The translations under genes were made by a program, and so were the position numbers. A DNA stretch of 58,798 bases, filler included, from Sphacelaria rigidula (lineage: Eukaryota), in the NCBI GenBank assembly GCA_964200075.2. It is 10 parts of 10 records of this genome, joined end to end, with 100 filler letters (N's around TTAATTAATTAA, not from the genome) between each part and the next. Parts side by side here need not be neighbours in the genome. Positions count along the whole stretch, not along the records: positions 1 to 5,791 come from CAXNAA020024438.1; positions 5,892 to 11,681 come from CAXNAA020024439.1; 8 more parts are not named here. The stretch is one strand, 5' to 3'. This document shows positions 1 through 11,781 of the stretch, in pieces (the stretch's first letter is position 1; each line of letters opens with the position of its first letter). A model generated the notes under the pieces. That model saw only the letters and a list, made by a program, of their open reading frames with translations. It searched no databases and was not told the DNA's origin.

Positions 1-454
1 AAACCACTGTTGGGACAGTATGAAGTTCTCTGCAAACCTCCCATTAGCTCCAGTAGTGTTTCAACGCACACAAACAGCTGGTTTGGTGGGTTGATATTTT
101 CCTACCCCCCAGAATGATGAGTACATGAGTGTACCCCCCCCTATAGGGTGTGGCGTGGTCTCTAGAGAACTCTAATACTCAGCCGCCTTACTGATGTTTT
201 GTTTCATCACCACATCAGTTTGACATTTCTGACTCGCAGCCAACTCTTATAGAAGTTTCCGAAACCGTGTAAATCCTTGTGCCGACTCCAGGAAAATACT
301 TTCAAAACGAGAACCAACTTAATTCTAGAAGTGTGACCACGTCTGGCAACCTATTCACTTCAATTCAAGGTGCTTTCCAGTTTGGGCTGGGAATATCCGC
401 GGTTCCGTGCCGGACCTGAGAGATATGGCACCCACTCGTTGGAACCGGTTTCTC

Positions 455-679
455 CATCTTTCATCTAATTGTTATTTCCTTTCCTTTCTTTTCTTCTCCT
501 GTTTCGCTGTGTTTTTGCTCCTTAGTTGCTCCGTTTTTCTATTTTGTTGTTTTCTATGTTTGTTTTTAGCGAGCGTTTCTGTTTCGTGTACCTTGCGTAC
601 GTCTATATTGTGGATAATGACCATGGCGGTATCCCTCGGCGATCAGTTAATGTACGACAATCAATCAATCAATCAATCA
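455..679 (+). mobile_element. 3' end of an RTE-like LINE: CT-rich 3' UTR and (CAAT)5 tail
   Basis: GACCATGGC...TCAGTTAATGTACGA followed by (CAAT)5 at 658-677. The same terminal motif ends the RTE element at 50291-50347. Confidence 0.7.
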
Positions 680-708
680 TGGAGTTGTTTCCAACGCTTC
701 GACAACTA

Positions 709-811
709 CACACCCTGGGCAATAGGTGATTAATATATGGAATAGGCAAGAAATGCACTGGGTAGAGTAAAGGCCTATTGCATCTATTGACCATATATTG
801 TCCAGGGTGTG
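709..811. mobile_element. 103-bp MITE, hAT-like
   Basis: Imperfect ~27-bp TIRs CACACCCTGG...CCAGGGTGTG. Flanks GACAACTA (701-708) and AACAACTA (812-819) form an 8-bp TSD with 1 mismatch. Confidence 0.75.
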
Positions 812-3800
812 AACAACTATCCAAGCGTCGCGCCGAGAGGGTTAATCCCGTGGGTACCGGAAGCCCCAAATCGACGCTAAATCGATCCCTGCTCCGGTTT
901 AACAAGATGAAACTTGATCAAGGGGTTGGGGGCCTACACCGTGATTTTTACGCAGGGGTGGATCCCGCAGACACAGAGGCACGCTGCCCAGCTTAAGGGT
1001 CGAGGTTACCGTCGTCGAAGGTCAGCAGGTGGTATGGTTCCGAAATGACACATGGGGGCACAAGGCGTTAACGGAGCGCAATCCTCACGTGTCTCGCTCA
1101 CCTGAGGTGAAAAGCCTCGCTCTTTGCCTCGACGCTCTCAGCCAACTTACCAACCCACGTATTCCATGACCTCAGGTGGGACTCTCTGCTGGGATGCGGG
1201 TCGAGGGTGCTGGGGCTGAGTCTCTCCGATCCCAAGATGTTGGATTTCTGCGACAGTATGGTGCTTAACAGTCCCAAGACCGGTAACTTCGGGCTGCTGT
1301 TGACCCTCACCGTCATTGCTATCGATGAGGTAGGTATCCGCGAACGACAGTGTTCCGAAGCTATATTGAATGTGTGAGCCTGTGCTGGAAGTGCGATACA
1401 GTGCGTGTCCGAGTACATGAGAGTCACACGATACTCACTCTCTCCGCTTGTCGTGCGTCCCGCAATTCCTAATTTGAAGCTGACAGTCGCTGCGGCAAGT
1501 TTGAGTGTTTCCGCTATGCACCGTTCATGATATTTTACAGCCAGAGTGGTTTCCATTCGTTGACCTTTGGTTGCCTTGCTTTCGTGATCTCTCCTTCCCC
1601 CCGCTGTTCCTTTATTTCAGGCTGTTGCCAACGCGAAGGCGATCGCCTCCAACACAACAGCCCAAGACAGCACAATCAATGGAGCGAACCCGGACGGACA
1701 AGGGCAAAGCGCAAACGGTGACGCTTCATCAACCACAGACACAAGGGGGTACAAGACGCCGATACCGCCATCGCACAATGCGGCGGAAGGACTGTTTCCT
1801 CGAGCGCTTGCCGCACTTCGCCTCACGCGCCTCTTCTCCGCTCGCATGTTAGCCACGCTCGATCCGCCGCAAGTGCGCGCCCAGGTGTACAGCCGTGGAC
1901 ATCGCCCACCAGGGGACACAGACGAGCTCAGCAACAACAGGCAGAGTGGTATAGGTAGCGGCGGCAACGGGAGCGGTGGCGGCGGAGGTGGCAAGCTGGG
2001 TCTGATGCCCGGGGCGAGAGCTCAAGCAAGTGGCGTGGCTACGGCGCTCACAGAGGGACATGAAGAGGAAAGCGAGGACGGGTTGATGCCAGATAGCGGC
2101 CGTAGGGGGGATGGCTTTGATGACAGGGGCAGTGGGGACATTGTGGTTGCTCTGTTGTCCGCGCTTGTGTCGCTGTGTATCGCGGACGAGGGATGTGGTA
2201 CCTCAGGAGCCTATTCGATGGCCCTGGGATTTGGGGATGTGCAGCTCGAGGGCGTGAGCCTGCTGCTCGTGCTGTTGGGGACGCAGGCCTACGGCCCGCC
2301 GCCTTCAGATCAAGGTGTGTAGCTGAGCTGCGCGTTTTTCATGTTTGTTATCGGTGGTGGTCGTCGTGGGCACTAAAGTACTGGACTACTCTTTGATAGA
2401 ACTTGAAAGTGCTAGCGTCGATAGATTTTGGTGATGTGAACAAATCGTCTTCCCTCCCCAGTGCCCGAGTTAGTGTTATTTGGTGTCATCGGGCGACACG
2501 AGTAGATATCCCGCTTATCAGGAGGGTGTTATTGACCATGAAACACAGTTATTCGGCTGTAGCGCAATAAGTAGATATAATAAAAAAAAACAATGCTTTA
2601 ATTTCTTCACAAAATCGATCGGGACAGGCTCGATCGACCGAAAATACCGAAGAGTCATAATCTGGACTGAAACGTGGCAGGACCCCCAATGACCGATGGG
2701 CCCGTAAGTCACTCAATATTGAGTACGGATGCTTTTTTTTTTCTTGGAATATGGGGCGGATACAGGTATCTGCAGATCCTCAATGCGATGAGCGGTGGCA
2801 AGCGAAAGAATCTAACAAAATCGCTAATCACAAAGAGATTTCGAAAAGTAACAGTTCAGGCGCCCACTACTGTACCTTGTCACACTATGTGCTCCCTTCC
2901 CAGTGGCGTTTTATCTGGTTCGGCACCGAGCAGCCCTTGTGTTGGCGAGATGCCTCTCACGAAGACCAATAACTGCTACGTGAAGCCTCATCACGACACC
3001 GATTGCGGTGCCGTCACACCCCCAATACTCCGGAGATTTCGTCACAGTACCCGCGTACCCGTGTAAATTGACATCCGGAGCACGACCCTGAACTATAGGT
3101 AGAACAAACATCGAACGAATGACCTCCTACCTTACGTTGCTTTAAAACCGTGATGCAATCAATGGCGTTCAGTGTCGAGCAGCGTGGCGCCCGACAATGT
3201 CTTCCTTGACGTCCTGTTGCGAGAGGCCGGTAGCAAGCGCGGCGGTGGCGGGCGTGCAGGCTGGGCGATTGCTCTTCCACGTGCGGCGTTAGGATGGTTC
3301 GCGCGGAGGCCGGCGGCGCCCCCGGGCTCGGCCGCGAGCGTGCTCGCGAAGGCGTTGGCGGGTGTTCGAGGCACTGGAAGGTGAGACATACAAGGCGGAT
3401 GTTTGATTTTTGGTATTATGAAGGTTGAAAATGACGGTTGGCCAGTTTTTTCACCGTTGGGAATACTAGGCCGCGGATCACTTGTTGCGCGGGAGGCACG
3501 GAGCGGATCTTGAGAGACGGGTGCGTCCCGTGGCGAATTTTGCAAACCAAAGCCCGGCCAAACGCATCGAAAGGCACAGAAATACCACCACGGTCGTCAA
3601 CTCGTGAGGTGTACTCGCTGGATATCTGCGACGGGTTACTGTGCGCAGTAGTCGCCTAGGACAGACATGAGATGATCGGCCGGTGGAGGGAAGAGCAAAT
3701 ATCGCCATGCGCATGCTTTGGCGTATTCGAGTCAGTCGTGATTGTGTCGGGGGAGGATAGCTTAGTTGGTGCTGATGCCGGCATTTTGTAGTTTGCCCAC

Positions 3801-4349
3801 AGAGAGTGGGGTGGTATCTTTGCCTCAGAAGCAGGCTAAAATAATTGGCGTGGGCTCCCTTCTGGTAGCAAGAACGGTCAGCTGCCTAATGTGATGGTCG
3901 CATGTCGCCCGGTGTCGCACTCTACGCTCTAAGAACAAATCATCTTCCGCCCTGTGTCCACTTCACTGTACCCTGATATGATATACTTCCTCTGTCCCAT
4001 AAGTTTGGGGAGTTATGGGCGTGTAATTGTTTGCGCACTTATACTTTCCCGATCATCCTTTAGTTAGGTTCGTTGGAAAGATGAAGTCTCAACGAAGCTG
4101 ATGCAAAAGAAAGAAGAACGGTTGTCCGTACTAAAATGAAGTAAAAATATGCTCATTTTGGCCCATTTTCGAGATTTTGTTTGAAAGTTCGTGATTACCA
4201 CCCCTAGACCTAGCCCACACACAACACAATACCATGGACTTGCCCCCAAGTACCCCCCCCCCGTTGCAAGGGCGGCGAGCTATCCGTGGGCCGCCGCATT
4301 GCTATCGCGGTGGAGGTTGCGAATACAACTAATCGTTTGTTTTCCCCTG

Positions 4350-4610
4350 GGGACCCCCAAGTGTCTTGGTTTTAGTGTGGTGATGCTATTATACTGGTTT
4401 TTGTATTGGGGACGCGACATAGATTATTGAGTTGGAGCGTTGAGTAGAGGGGGAGGCCTACTGTTGTTTGGTTTTCCCCCCAAGTGTCTCGGTTTTAGTG
4501 TGGGAACCCCAAGTGTATTGTTTGTAGTGTGTTCACTACTATGCTGGTTTTAGTATAGGAGATGCGATATGGATCGTTGACTAGAGGGGGGTTAGGTTTA
4601 GGGTTGGGGA
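4350..4610. repeat. Diverged local direct repeats
   Basis: CCCCAAGTGT(C/A)T...TAGTGTG occurs three times, with a duplicated downstream block ending CGTTGA(G/C)TAGAGGGGG. Confidence 0.6.
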
Positions 4611-5791
4611 TAATTCTTGGGGGTTTGTAGTGTTTTTTTATAGTGCCCCCAGTGGAAAGTGGTCAAAATAGGGCCATTTTGGCCTGACTACTTTTTTGTT
4701 AGCCGCTAGCACATGCAGGCTAGTGCGCAAGGAAAGAAAAAAGTTTTTCAACCCGATAAACGCTCAAGATTTCAAAAAAATTATCGCCGAAGACATCCGA
4801 CACCGTTAAGGGCTCGTACAAACATAACTCCCCAGACTCATGGGACAGAGGAAGTATCACTCGTATTTTCTCTCGGTAAGCAGCAACAACCCGTGGCAAC
4901 ATACTCAGCAAAAGGAATCCCTTCCCCCTTGTTGCACGCGTCCTTGTCGGTTGTTCGGCAGACGCAAGGATGCTATCCAACACCGGCAAATAGGACATTC
5001 ACGACGACGTCGCCGAGACTCGGACGGCAGCGGTGGAAACGGAGGATACGACACTGTCCCAACAACGACTGCCCTCGGTGGCCGGGGCGGTAGTGGTGGC
5101 AGCTTTCAGTCTCAGGCGCAGCGGCTCCTCTTCGCCCCGGGTGCTCTTGTATTATTCATGGCCCGGGCTCTCCTCTACGTGATCACACTGCGGGGACTGC
5201 TCGCTGCTACGACCGGTGATAATGGCGGCGACGGCGGCCGAAATTCGGCGTCTGCTGGACGCTGGGGTGACGGCGGCGATGGCAGTGAAGAGGTGGAAGT
5301 AGACGAGGTGTCGGAGGCCCTAGGCGGCGCACCAGCGGAGCCTGGAGAATGGGAAGGGAACGCGCCGGTCGGCGGAACAGGGGTGCCTGCGGGCAGCAGG
5401 ATCTCGCCGCTCGCCGATCGTGGTGTTTTACTGATGTTGGTCTTGCTTCATAACAGGGTGAGGGGTTGAGTGGCGTGTACTGCTGATTTTGGCAGCAGTA
5501 TCAGAGGAAGGAGAGAGAGAAGCGTGACATGTGTTTCATGTAATTTAGTTTTTTTTTTTAACCTTGTATGCTGGTCGTGTATAGCACTGCACGCGTGCTG
5601 TGCGCGAACCCACAGCGCTCTTCACCACCCACGCTGTCACCACTGTGTTGTCGAGGATGGTACCTTGCGACATTTCCCCCCACCCCTCACCCACCCTGGG
5701 GTTTGGCTTGCATTTTCCGTTACCCCTCCCCCCTGCCATATTTTCGGTTATCAAACGAATTATCCTGCATCCAGGGTCGCCTCGCTCTTTC

Positions 5792-5891
5792 NNNNNNNNN
5801 NNNNNNNNNNNNNNNNNNNNNNNNNNNNNNNNNNNTTAATTAATTAANNNNNNNNNNNNNNNNNNNNNNNNNNNNNNNNNNNNNNNNNNNN
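5792..5891. other. Artificial contig spacer, first of nine (others 11682-11781, 17572-17671, 23462-23561, 29352-29451, 35242-35341, 41132-41231, 47021-47120, 52910-53009)
   Basis: Identical N44-TTAATTAATTAA-N44 linkers (stop codons in all six frames) separate segments of 5791, 5790 (x6) and 5789 (x3) bp, i.e. length-sorted contigs. Confidence 0.98.
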
Positions 5892-6022
5892 AGGGGCTCC
5901 TAACAATTCTAACCTCAGAAATTATTTCTCTACCCCTACCGTAGCATCACTCCTCTCCCAAAGAATTTCAGCCGAAATGCATGCATGTTTGCACACATAC
6001 GGCCAGTGATTTGATCACGCAC

Positions 6023-6141
6023 CTCGGGTCTCGCTTTGTTCGAGTGATTGACTGGCTTGTCCACTACACACGTGTTGAAGGTTGCAGTGACGGTGGCGGT
6101 ATTGCCGAGCAATAGAGGATATTTTGAGGCCTTTTTCAGCC
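6023..6141 (-). CDS. Probable internal exon D of the same gene
   Basis: CCTTTCCGATAG| acceptor and |GTGCGT donor. 119 nt, phase 1-0, open: GLKKASKYPLLLGNTATVTATFNTCVVDKPVNHSNKARPE. Confidence 0.5.
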
Positions 6142-6554
6142 CTATCGGAAAGGAGTTGGAGTCTCAGCTGTACTCGGTTAGCGACTAGCCATTTTGATGC
6201 CGTGTCCCCCGCGGTATTGGTTTTCTTCCAACAAGTTACTACACAAAAATCACATATTTACCACTCACTCAAGAATAAATGGATATTTGACCCCACACTG
6301 GAACAAGATAGGTTGTAGCCCATGCCGGAATCAGCTAACTCCTCCGTGGTAACCTAAAAGCAAGCGGTTCGTTGGTACTACACGTCAGTCAAACGGCCCC
6401 CTATGATTTCGGACACCATGGATTTCACCCCTTCTTAATTTGTTTAACGAGCCCTTCATTCACCCTCCGAAGTCGGATGTCCTGCAGATTGCTTTACCAG
6501 AGTCGCCAATCGTTCATATAGCGTTTGCTTTCGCAAACATCGGTTTCTGCTCAC

Positions 6555-6735
6555 CGTGCTCCCCATGCCAAACAAGATTCAAACCATCCGCGCCCTCCGC
6601 CCTTAACGGTCCCGTCGAGGCTTCGGTCCCGTGGTTTTCCTTTTTGGCCTTGGTGAGCTGTTTCCGCTTCCGGATGTCCTCCTCCACAGGTGTAGCAGTT
6701 AGCACCATCAGTAACCTCACTGGGCACGTCAATAG
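6555..6735 (-). CDS. Internal exon C of the STAND-type NTPase
   Basis: ACAG| acceptor and |GTGAGC donor. 181 nt, phase 0-1. LLTCPVRLLMVLTATPVEE resembles the hydrophobic strand (LLLVLTxRP-like) that follows Walker B. Confidence 0.7.
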
Positions 6736-6863
6736 CTGTCGCATTTGGTAACCACAAATTAAATGGTCGAGGAACCACTCACGTGTGTTGAGGTGTGTTC
6801 ATACGCAAGATGAGTACGACACACTGTGTGGTTCAGTAAGAATATTTGCCGGCAACAAAGGTT

Positions 6864-7083
6864 AGCTTGTAATGCGTGAGAGGACCGCGTACTTAAAGGA
6901 CCGCGCCGTAGTCCAAAATACCTCAGGATCCACGTTTCTCAAAACCAATCGGGGTCAGTCCCTGCAGGTACCACGCCCCTGACCCTAACCCCAACACTAA
7001 CCCTAACCCTGACCCTGAGCATAGGGGTGTTCAAATTCCGATGCGGTCCTCTAGGCACGCGGTCCTCTCACGCATTACAAGCT
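6864..7083. mobile_element. Intronic MITE (TGTAATGCG-TIR family) with internal telomere-like CCCTAA/CCCTGA units
   Basis: Perfect TIR AGCTTGTAATGCGTGAGAGGACCGCGT. The TSD is ambiguous (ACAAAGGTT/ACAAAGGCT, 9 bp, or AGCT, 4 bp). Confidence 0.85.
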
Positions 7084-7673
7084 ACAAAGGCTGATTGACC
7101 TTGAGTTGGTGTCCCCACTGTATGGATAGTAGTACGCGAGGTGGTAGCCGCGTCCGAAACCACTGGTGGCTTTGTTGACCTACCGTTCACGACCGAGGCA
7201 TGCGCCGCTCACGTACACGGTCGCTTTTGTTCTCAGGCCAAGGACTCAAGCTAGTGTTCGTTTGTTGTCCGTGTTGGTTCCTCACTCGGCGCCGCCGATC
7301 AGCACCATGAGCAATTCCTCCGCACCCTCAGCAGTTGGTTATCGTTCTTCATGCCAAACACGTATCGGAATTGCACGTGTTCCTATGTGGGGCACTATCG
7401 TTGGTCATTTTGTCACAATCACCCTCGATCAACACAAGAAGCGTAGATCTGCTGTGCCAGCCCAAACGTGCGGCTTCTTCCTCGCCGATGTTTCACGTGC
7501 ACCCTCCTAAACATGTAAGCGTATTATTTCTAGCTCCCAACGGGACGGCATACATGTGAGCAAACACTGCAGCTATGGTAGCAGCGTTCATCGGGGTAGC
7601 GCGCCACCATTGCCCTTTACTAGCTAACCTGTAGTGTACCACAGCCAAGGTCGACCCTTACACCTGCGCTGAC

Positions 7674-7778
7674 CTGGATTATAAGCTTCCAGCTCATCTC
7701 GTCCATAAGATGCACGTTGTCGAGGACGAATACGGTCGGTTCTGAGCCCAACACCTCCGTTGCCATGTCGGATATTAC
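7674..7778 (-). CDS. Internal exon B, Walker-B region of the STAND-type NTPase
   Basis: 105 nt, phase 0-0, |GTCAGC donor. VISDMATEVLGSEPTVFVLDNVHLMDEMSWKLIIQ fits the P-hhhhDD-x-H-x-MD-x2-SW pattern of AAA_16/STAND NTPases. The acceptor (AAG|) is less certain. Confidence 0.75.
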
Positions 7779-8184
7779 CTTCTCATATTGGAAGCAAAAC
7801 GTAACGATAGACGCACACGCGTTTACTTGCGAATCAAGATATATATCATTCAATCAAAGTCGAAAACTACAGTTACAATCAGGTCATCTACACATGTTGT
7901 TCATTCAGTTTACCGTCGATGCTTGTCTGTCACCACGTCTTCATATGTTAATTTCTTGTGCTGCAAGATGATTAAATTTATTGCTTCCCTTCATTGCCCC
8001 TGTATGGCAGTGACTAAGCAGTATACGAAAGGCGAAATATCGACTGGCTCCAGTTGCTGCTCTGCCATTTGAATACTGCACTGAGGGAACAATACTAATA
8101 TGTTAGTTCCGTCTTTCAACCCAAAGACCGAAACCAACCCGATTTGTCTTGAACCATCCGCGTATATTCGCCATAGATACCAAT

Positions 8185-9366
8185 TGTAATGCGTAAGAGG
8201 ACCGCGTGCTGTGTGGACCGCATCGGAATTGGAAACCCCCAGGACCGGCGTGTCGGGAGAACCGCACCCCGACCAAACCTGGGCCACGCATTTTTTTAGC
8301 CAGGGGGAGTGAAGGCAGGCGAGATGACTGAAGCGGCACGACAACAACGCAGCGTTCCTCGAAAGGGAGGAGAGCGAGGATCTCGAAACTAAAAAATCCA
8401 GGTACCCGTAACTCGCGTGGGGGTCACTCTCGCATGTGAATTGTAGTGGGACAGAGTTGGCACCTGCGTATTTCGGGGAGGTGTCGGCGCCTATATTGTT
8501 GTCATGACTGCATCGACGAACTGATGCTCGGCATTTGAGGGTACCAGATGCCGAAACGATCCATCTTCTCGTTACTGACAGGTACCAGATACCAAATGGT
8601 CGTTCTACTCCGTACTAACAGGTACCACATGTCGAGACGACCCATCTGCTCGGTACTTGCAGGTTCTGATATGTGATTTGCGGGCGGCTCACTTTGTCAT
8701 TCAATGCAGTTTCAAGGTGAACACACGAGTCAAGATCAAGTCACTGCGATGTCATCTCCGCGGAGGAAACAGGCAACGTTCGTGGTATTCATCTGTGTGC
8801 CTACCTGTAAGTTGCCTTGAATGACAAAGTGGGCCTCATGGAAACCGCATATGAGTACCTGCAAGTACGGAGCAGATGGGTCGTCTCAGTACCTGGTACC
8901 TGTAATTACGGAGCAGGAAGATCGATTCGGAATCTGGTACCTGTGAGTGCGGAGCAGAAAGGTCGTTTCGGCATCTGGTACCCTCAAATGCCGAGCATCA
9001 GTTCGTCGATGCGGTCGTGACAACATGGTGGGCGCCGACGCCTCCCCGAAAAAATACGTTGGTGCCAACTTTGTCCCACCACAATTCATATGCGAGAGTG
9101 ACCCTCACGCGATTTACGGGTGCCTGAATTTTTTTGTTTCGAAATCCTCGCTCTGCTCCCCTTCGAGGCACACTGCGTTGTCGTCGTGTCGCTCCGGTCA
9201 CCTCGCCTGGCTTCGCTAACCCTGGCTCGAAAAATGCGCAGGCCAGGTTTAGTTGGGGAGAGCTCCCTGCATTGATAACGTCCGCGCGGTCCTCCCGACA
9301 CGTCGGTTCTTGGGTGTTCAAATTCCGATGCGGTTCGAAAAGCACGCGGTCCCCCCACGCATTACA
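8185..9366. mobile_element. Intronic foldback element with ~520-550-bp imperfect inverted arms, same TIR family
   Basis: 8185-~8720 is the diverged reverse complement of ~8800-9366. Example: GCATCGACGAACTGATGCTCGGCATTTGAGGGTACCAGATGCCGAAACGA versus TCGTTTCGGCATCTGGTACCCTCAAATGCCGAGCATCAGTTCGTCGATGC. Confidence 0.9.
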
Positions 9367-10772
9367 CCAACAACACAATCAAACTCGCGATCGAATAGTT
9401 GTTTATCAGGCATACCGAATTCGCACATTTACGGACACAGGCACGAAACAAATGGCTGAGATTTTGGTAGCATTCAACACAGTGTCTTCAGGAGGCTAAT
9501 GTAGCAGCATCAGTAAATAGGGATATGATATTCTCTGTCCGCATGGGTGATCACACTCCTACTTCCCCAAGATGTGTGGCCTGCTTTGATGCAAGTTTCA
9601 TCGTGGTGGTGCGTAGTATTGCCGTGGAAGGTTCGTTTTTCCAAAACTACGCCCTGGTGTATCTTCATGAGGGCGCCATCCGAGCTCCGCGCGTTTTTCG
9701 TGGTGCTGTCGGGATGTCCTCATGAAGGTACACCAGGGAACTGCCATGGCAACCACAGTACGTTGGTAAGATCACCGTGGGAGGGGCATTAGGCGGCGTC
9801 GTGGTGTTGCCCCGCGTGATGTCACCATGAAGGTACTGTTGCACGGCATCGCCGTAGCGGTGCTCGGATGGTCTCACGCCATGGTAGGTCCACAGTGGAT
9901 TCCTGAAACTGTTATTATGTTCTCATGCGGTTTCCATGTACTGCACATTCCGTGGAAGTGTCATATCAGTATCGTAGCATATCCATATTTCTGTCATGGC
10001 GCAGGGCAGGCTCCCACGGGGCAACCAATACTTCATCACCCGTGCTGGTGATACACCTCGTGCCATCCGAAACGAACTTCTCCCCATGTTGCCGCGCACA
10101 GCGATGAAAATTCCGTAGTACAAACAGGAGCACCTCCCTTGGTACTGCGACTATGTGTGGGGCGGGAAGTGACAATCTCTCTCGTGGAGTTCCATGGTTC
10201 CCGAAGCCTTATGAACTGATTTCGTTCGGGAGGTTACAGTCACGGCTGGGTTGGCAGGATCGCCAACGGTGGCAAATTGGATCGCCCTCAAGATAATTAG
10301 TGCAGGCTCGCATGGCAGAAATCATCGCCCATTCAGCTGTTGTTGTAGTGGGTCCAGCGGTGGGGGCATGTGATCCTCAATTTCCATGGCATCAGGTGCC
10401 AAAGTACCACCCCCAGGGGAGATTCACCATGGTCCCACCGTGCCGCACTCGGAATGTCATTTCACAAGCTGAGAAAATGTGTCATGACAATGTCGATGAA
10501 GAACCTGTCAGTGCGACCAGTATTGTCCGCCCTCACCTTTTCTGTTGTGAGCCGTAGTCGGGCGCGCCAAGAGTTGAATATGCGGCATACAATGAGCGAC
10601 TAGATTCCCCTGGTATTCATCAGCTGAGTACAGCGCACATCATTGGTGCAGGGAACATATCACCAGGGTGAAATATTGTGAACGGTGGCTTTGATAGTAT
10701 GAAACACAGCCAACGTAAGAAACAAGCGATTGACTGAGTGATAACAGCAGAGGCTTTCGATTGCAGTCTCAC

Positions 10773-10871
10773 CGAGTGTATTGCGTGCATCGGAAGTCGG
10801 CCTTTCATGCGAGGCCGATTGTCCATGATCTCCTCCTCTGTTTCCCCACCCACGTTCACACCAAGCACGAC
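10773..10871 (-). CDS. Internal exon A of a STAND-type NTPase (ADCY10-like cyclase NTPase region)
   Basis: TTCAG| acceptor and |GTGAGA donor. 99 nt, phase 0-0, VVLGVNVGGETEEEIMDNRPRMKGRLPMHAIHS. Joins in frame to exon B. Confidence 0.65.
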
Positions 10872-11609
10872 CTGAACAATCGAAACAAGTGATGTGTGTA
10901 TCATATGAATATCTCATTTCAAGCCAAATCTTTCGTTGACTACAGTCGATTTCTCCTTCTCGGCTTCCCAAACGATCGGAACAAAAGCACACGCACCCAT
11001 TGTGCAAACATTGGTAAGCGGACGTGCAAATCGCATGTTCACGGAGCGTACATAATCACCATTACCAGCAACACCATGTCCACCACCCTAACTTCTCATT
11101 CCACGGTTCGCCAGTGAATCTTCCTTAGCTAATTGGATATGTCAGTGTAATGCCCACTGTTCGATTATTTCGCGTAACTCATGTTCCTCACGTGGCGACA
11201 TCACGACGTGCTCTTCCGCTTTTGATGATCATTCAAACCACGAGCTGGACAACAGCCCAATACATGGGGCTATGAAAATCGTAGGTACTCGCCCAGAATT
11301 TCAAAACAATCGCTGCAACACCATTCCAACAATCGCGGTAGTTCTCCATCAGGTGGATGTGCAGTTTTCATCTAAAGATAACGCCGACATGAAACCCCAA
11401 GGATTAAGGGCCTGGGCTGTAAGCATCGATGTCGATCGTACCCTAAACCGCGACAACATATTGCTGCAAGAATCTCGGCAACAACCATTTTGATGCAAAA
11501 CGTTGCTATCTTAGCGCTCATGTCCAACTACCGCCCATCTACACCTGCTCTGCACATCATTTTCGCACTTCCCGTAGTCCGCACACCCCTACATTTCTTC
11601 ACTGTACAC

Positions 11610-11681
11610 CTTGTAATGCGTGAGAGGACCGCGTGCTTAGAGGACCGCGCCGTAGTTCAAAACACCGCAGGATCGATGTTT
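11610..11681 (+). mobile_element. Left end of a third TGTAATGCG-family MITE, cut by the contig end
   Basis: CTTGTAATGCGTGAGAGGACCGCGTGCTTAGAGGACCGCGCCGTAG is nearly identical to 6866-6911. Confidence 0.85.
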
Positions 11682-11781
11682 NNNNNNNNNNNNNNNNNNN
11701 NNNNNNNNNNNNNNNNNNNNNNNNNTTAATTAATTAANNNNNNNNNNNNNNNNNNNNNNNNNNNNNNNNNNNNNNNNNNNN

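Noticed and set aside
1102..1360. Possible minus-strand exon ending in a CAG|GTGAGC donor
   Set aside because: The peptide has no recognisable motif and there is no supporting partner exon.
3171..3380. GC-rich plus-strand exon-like stretch ending AAG|GTGAGA
   Set aside because: Low-complexity Ala/Gly/Arg peptide with no identifiable product.
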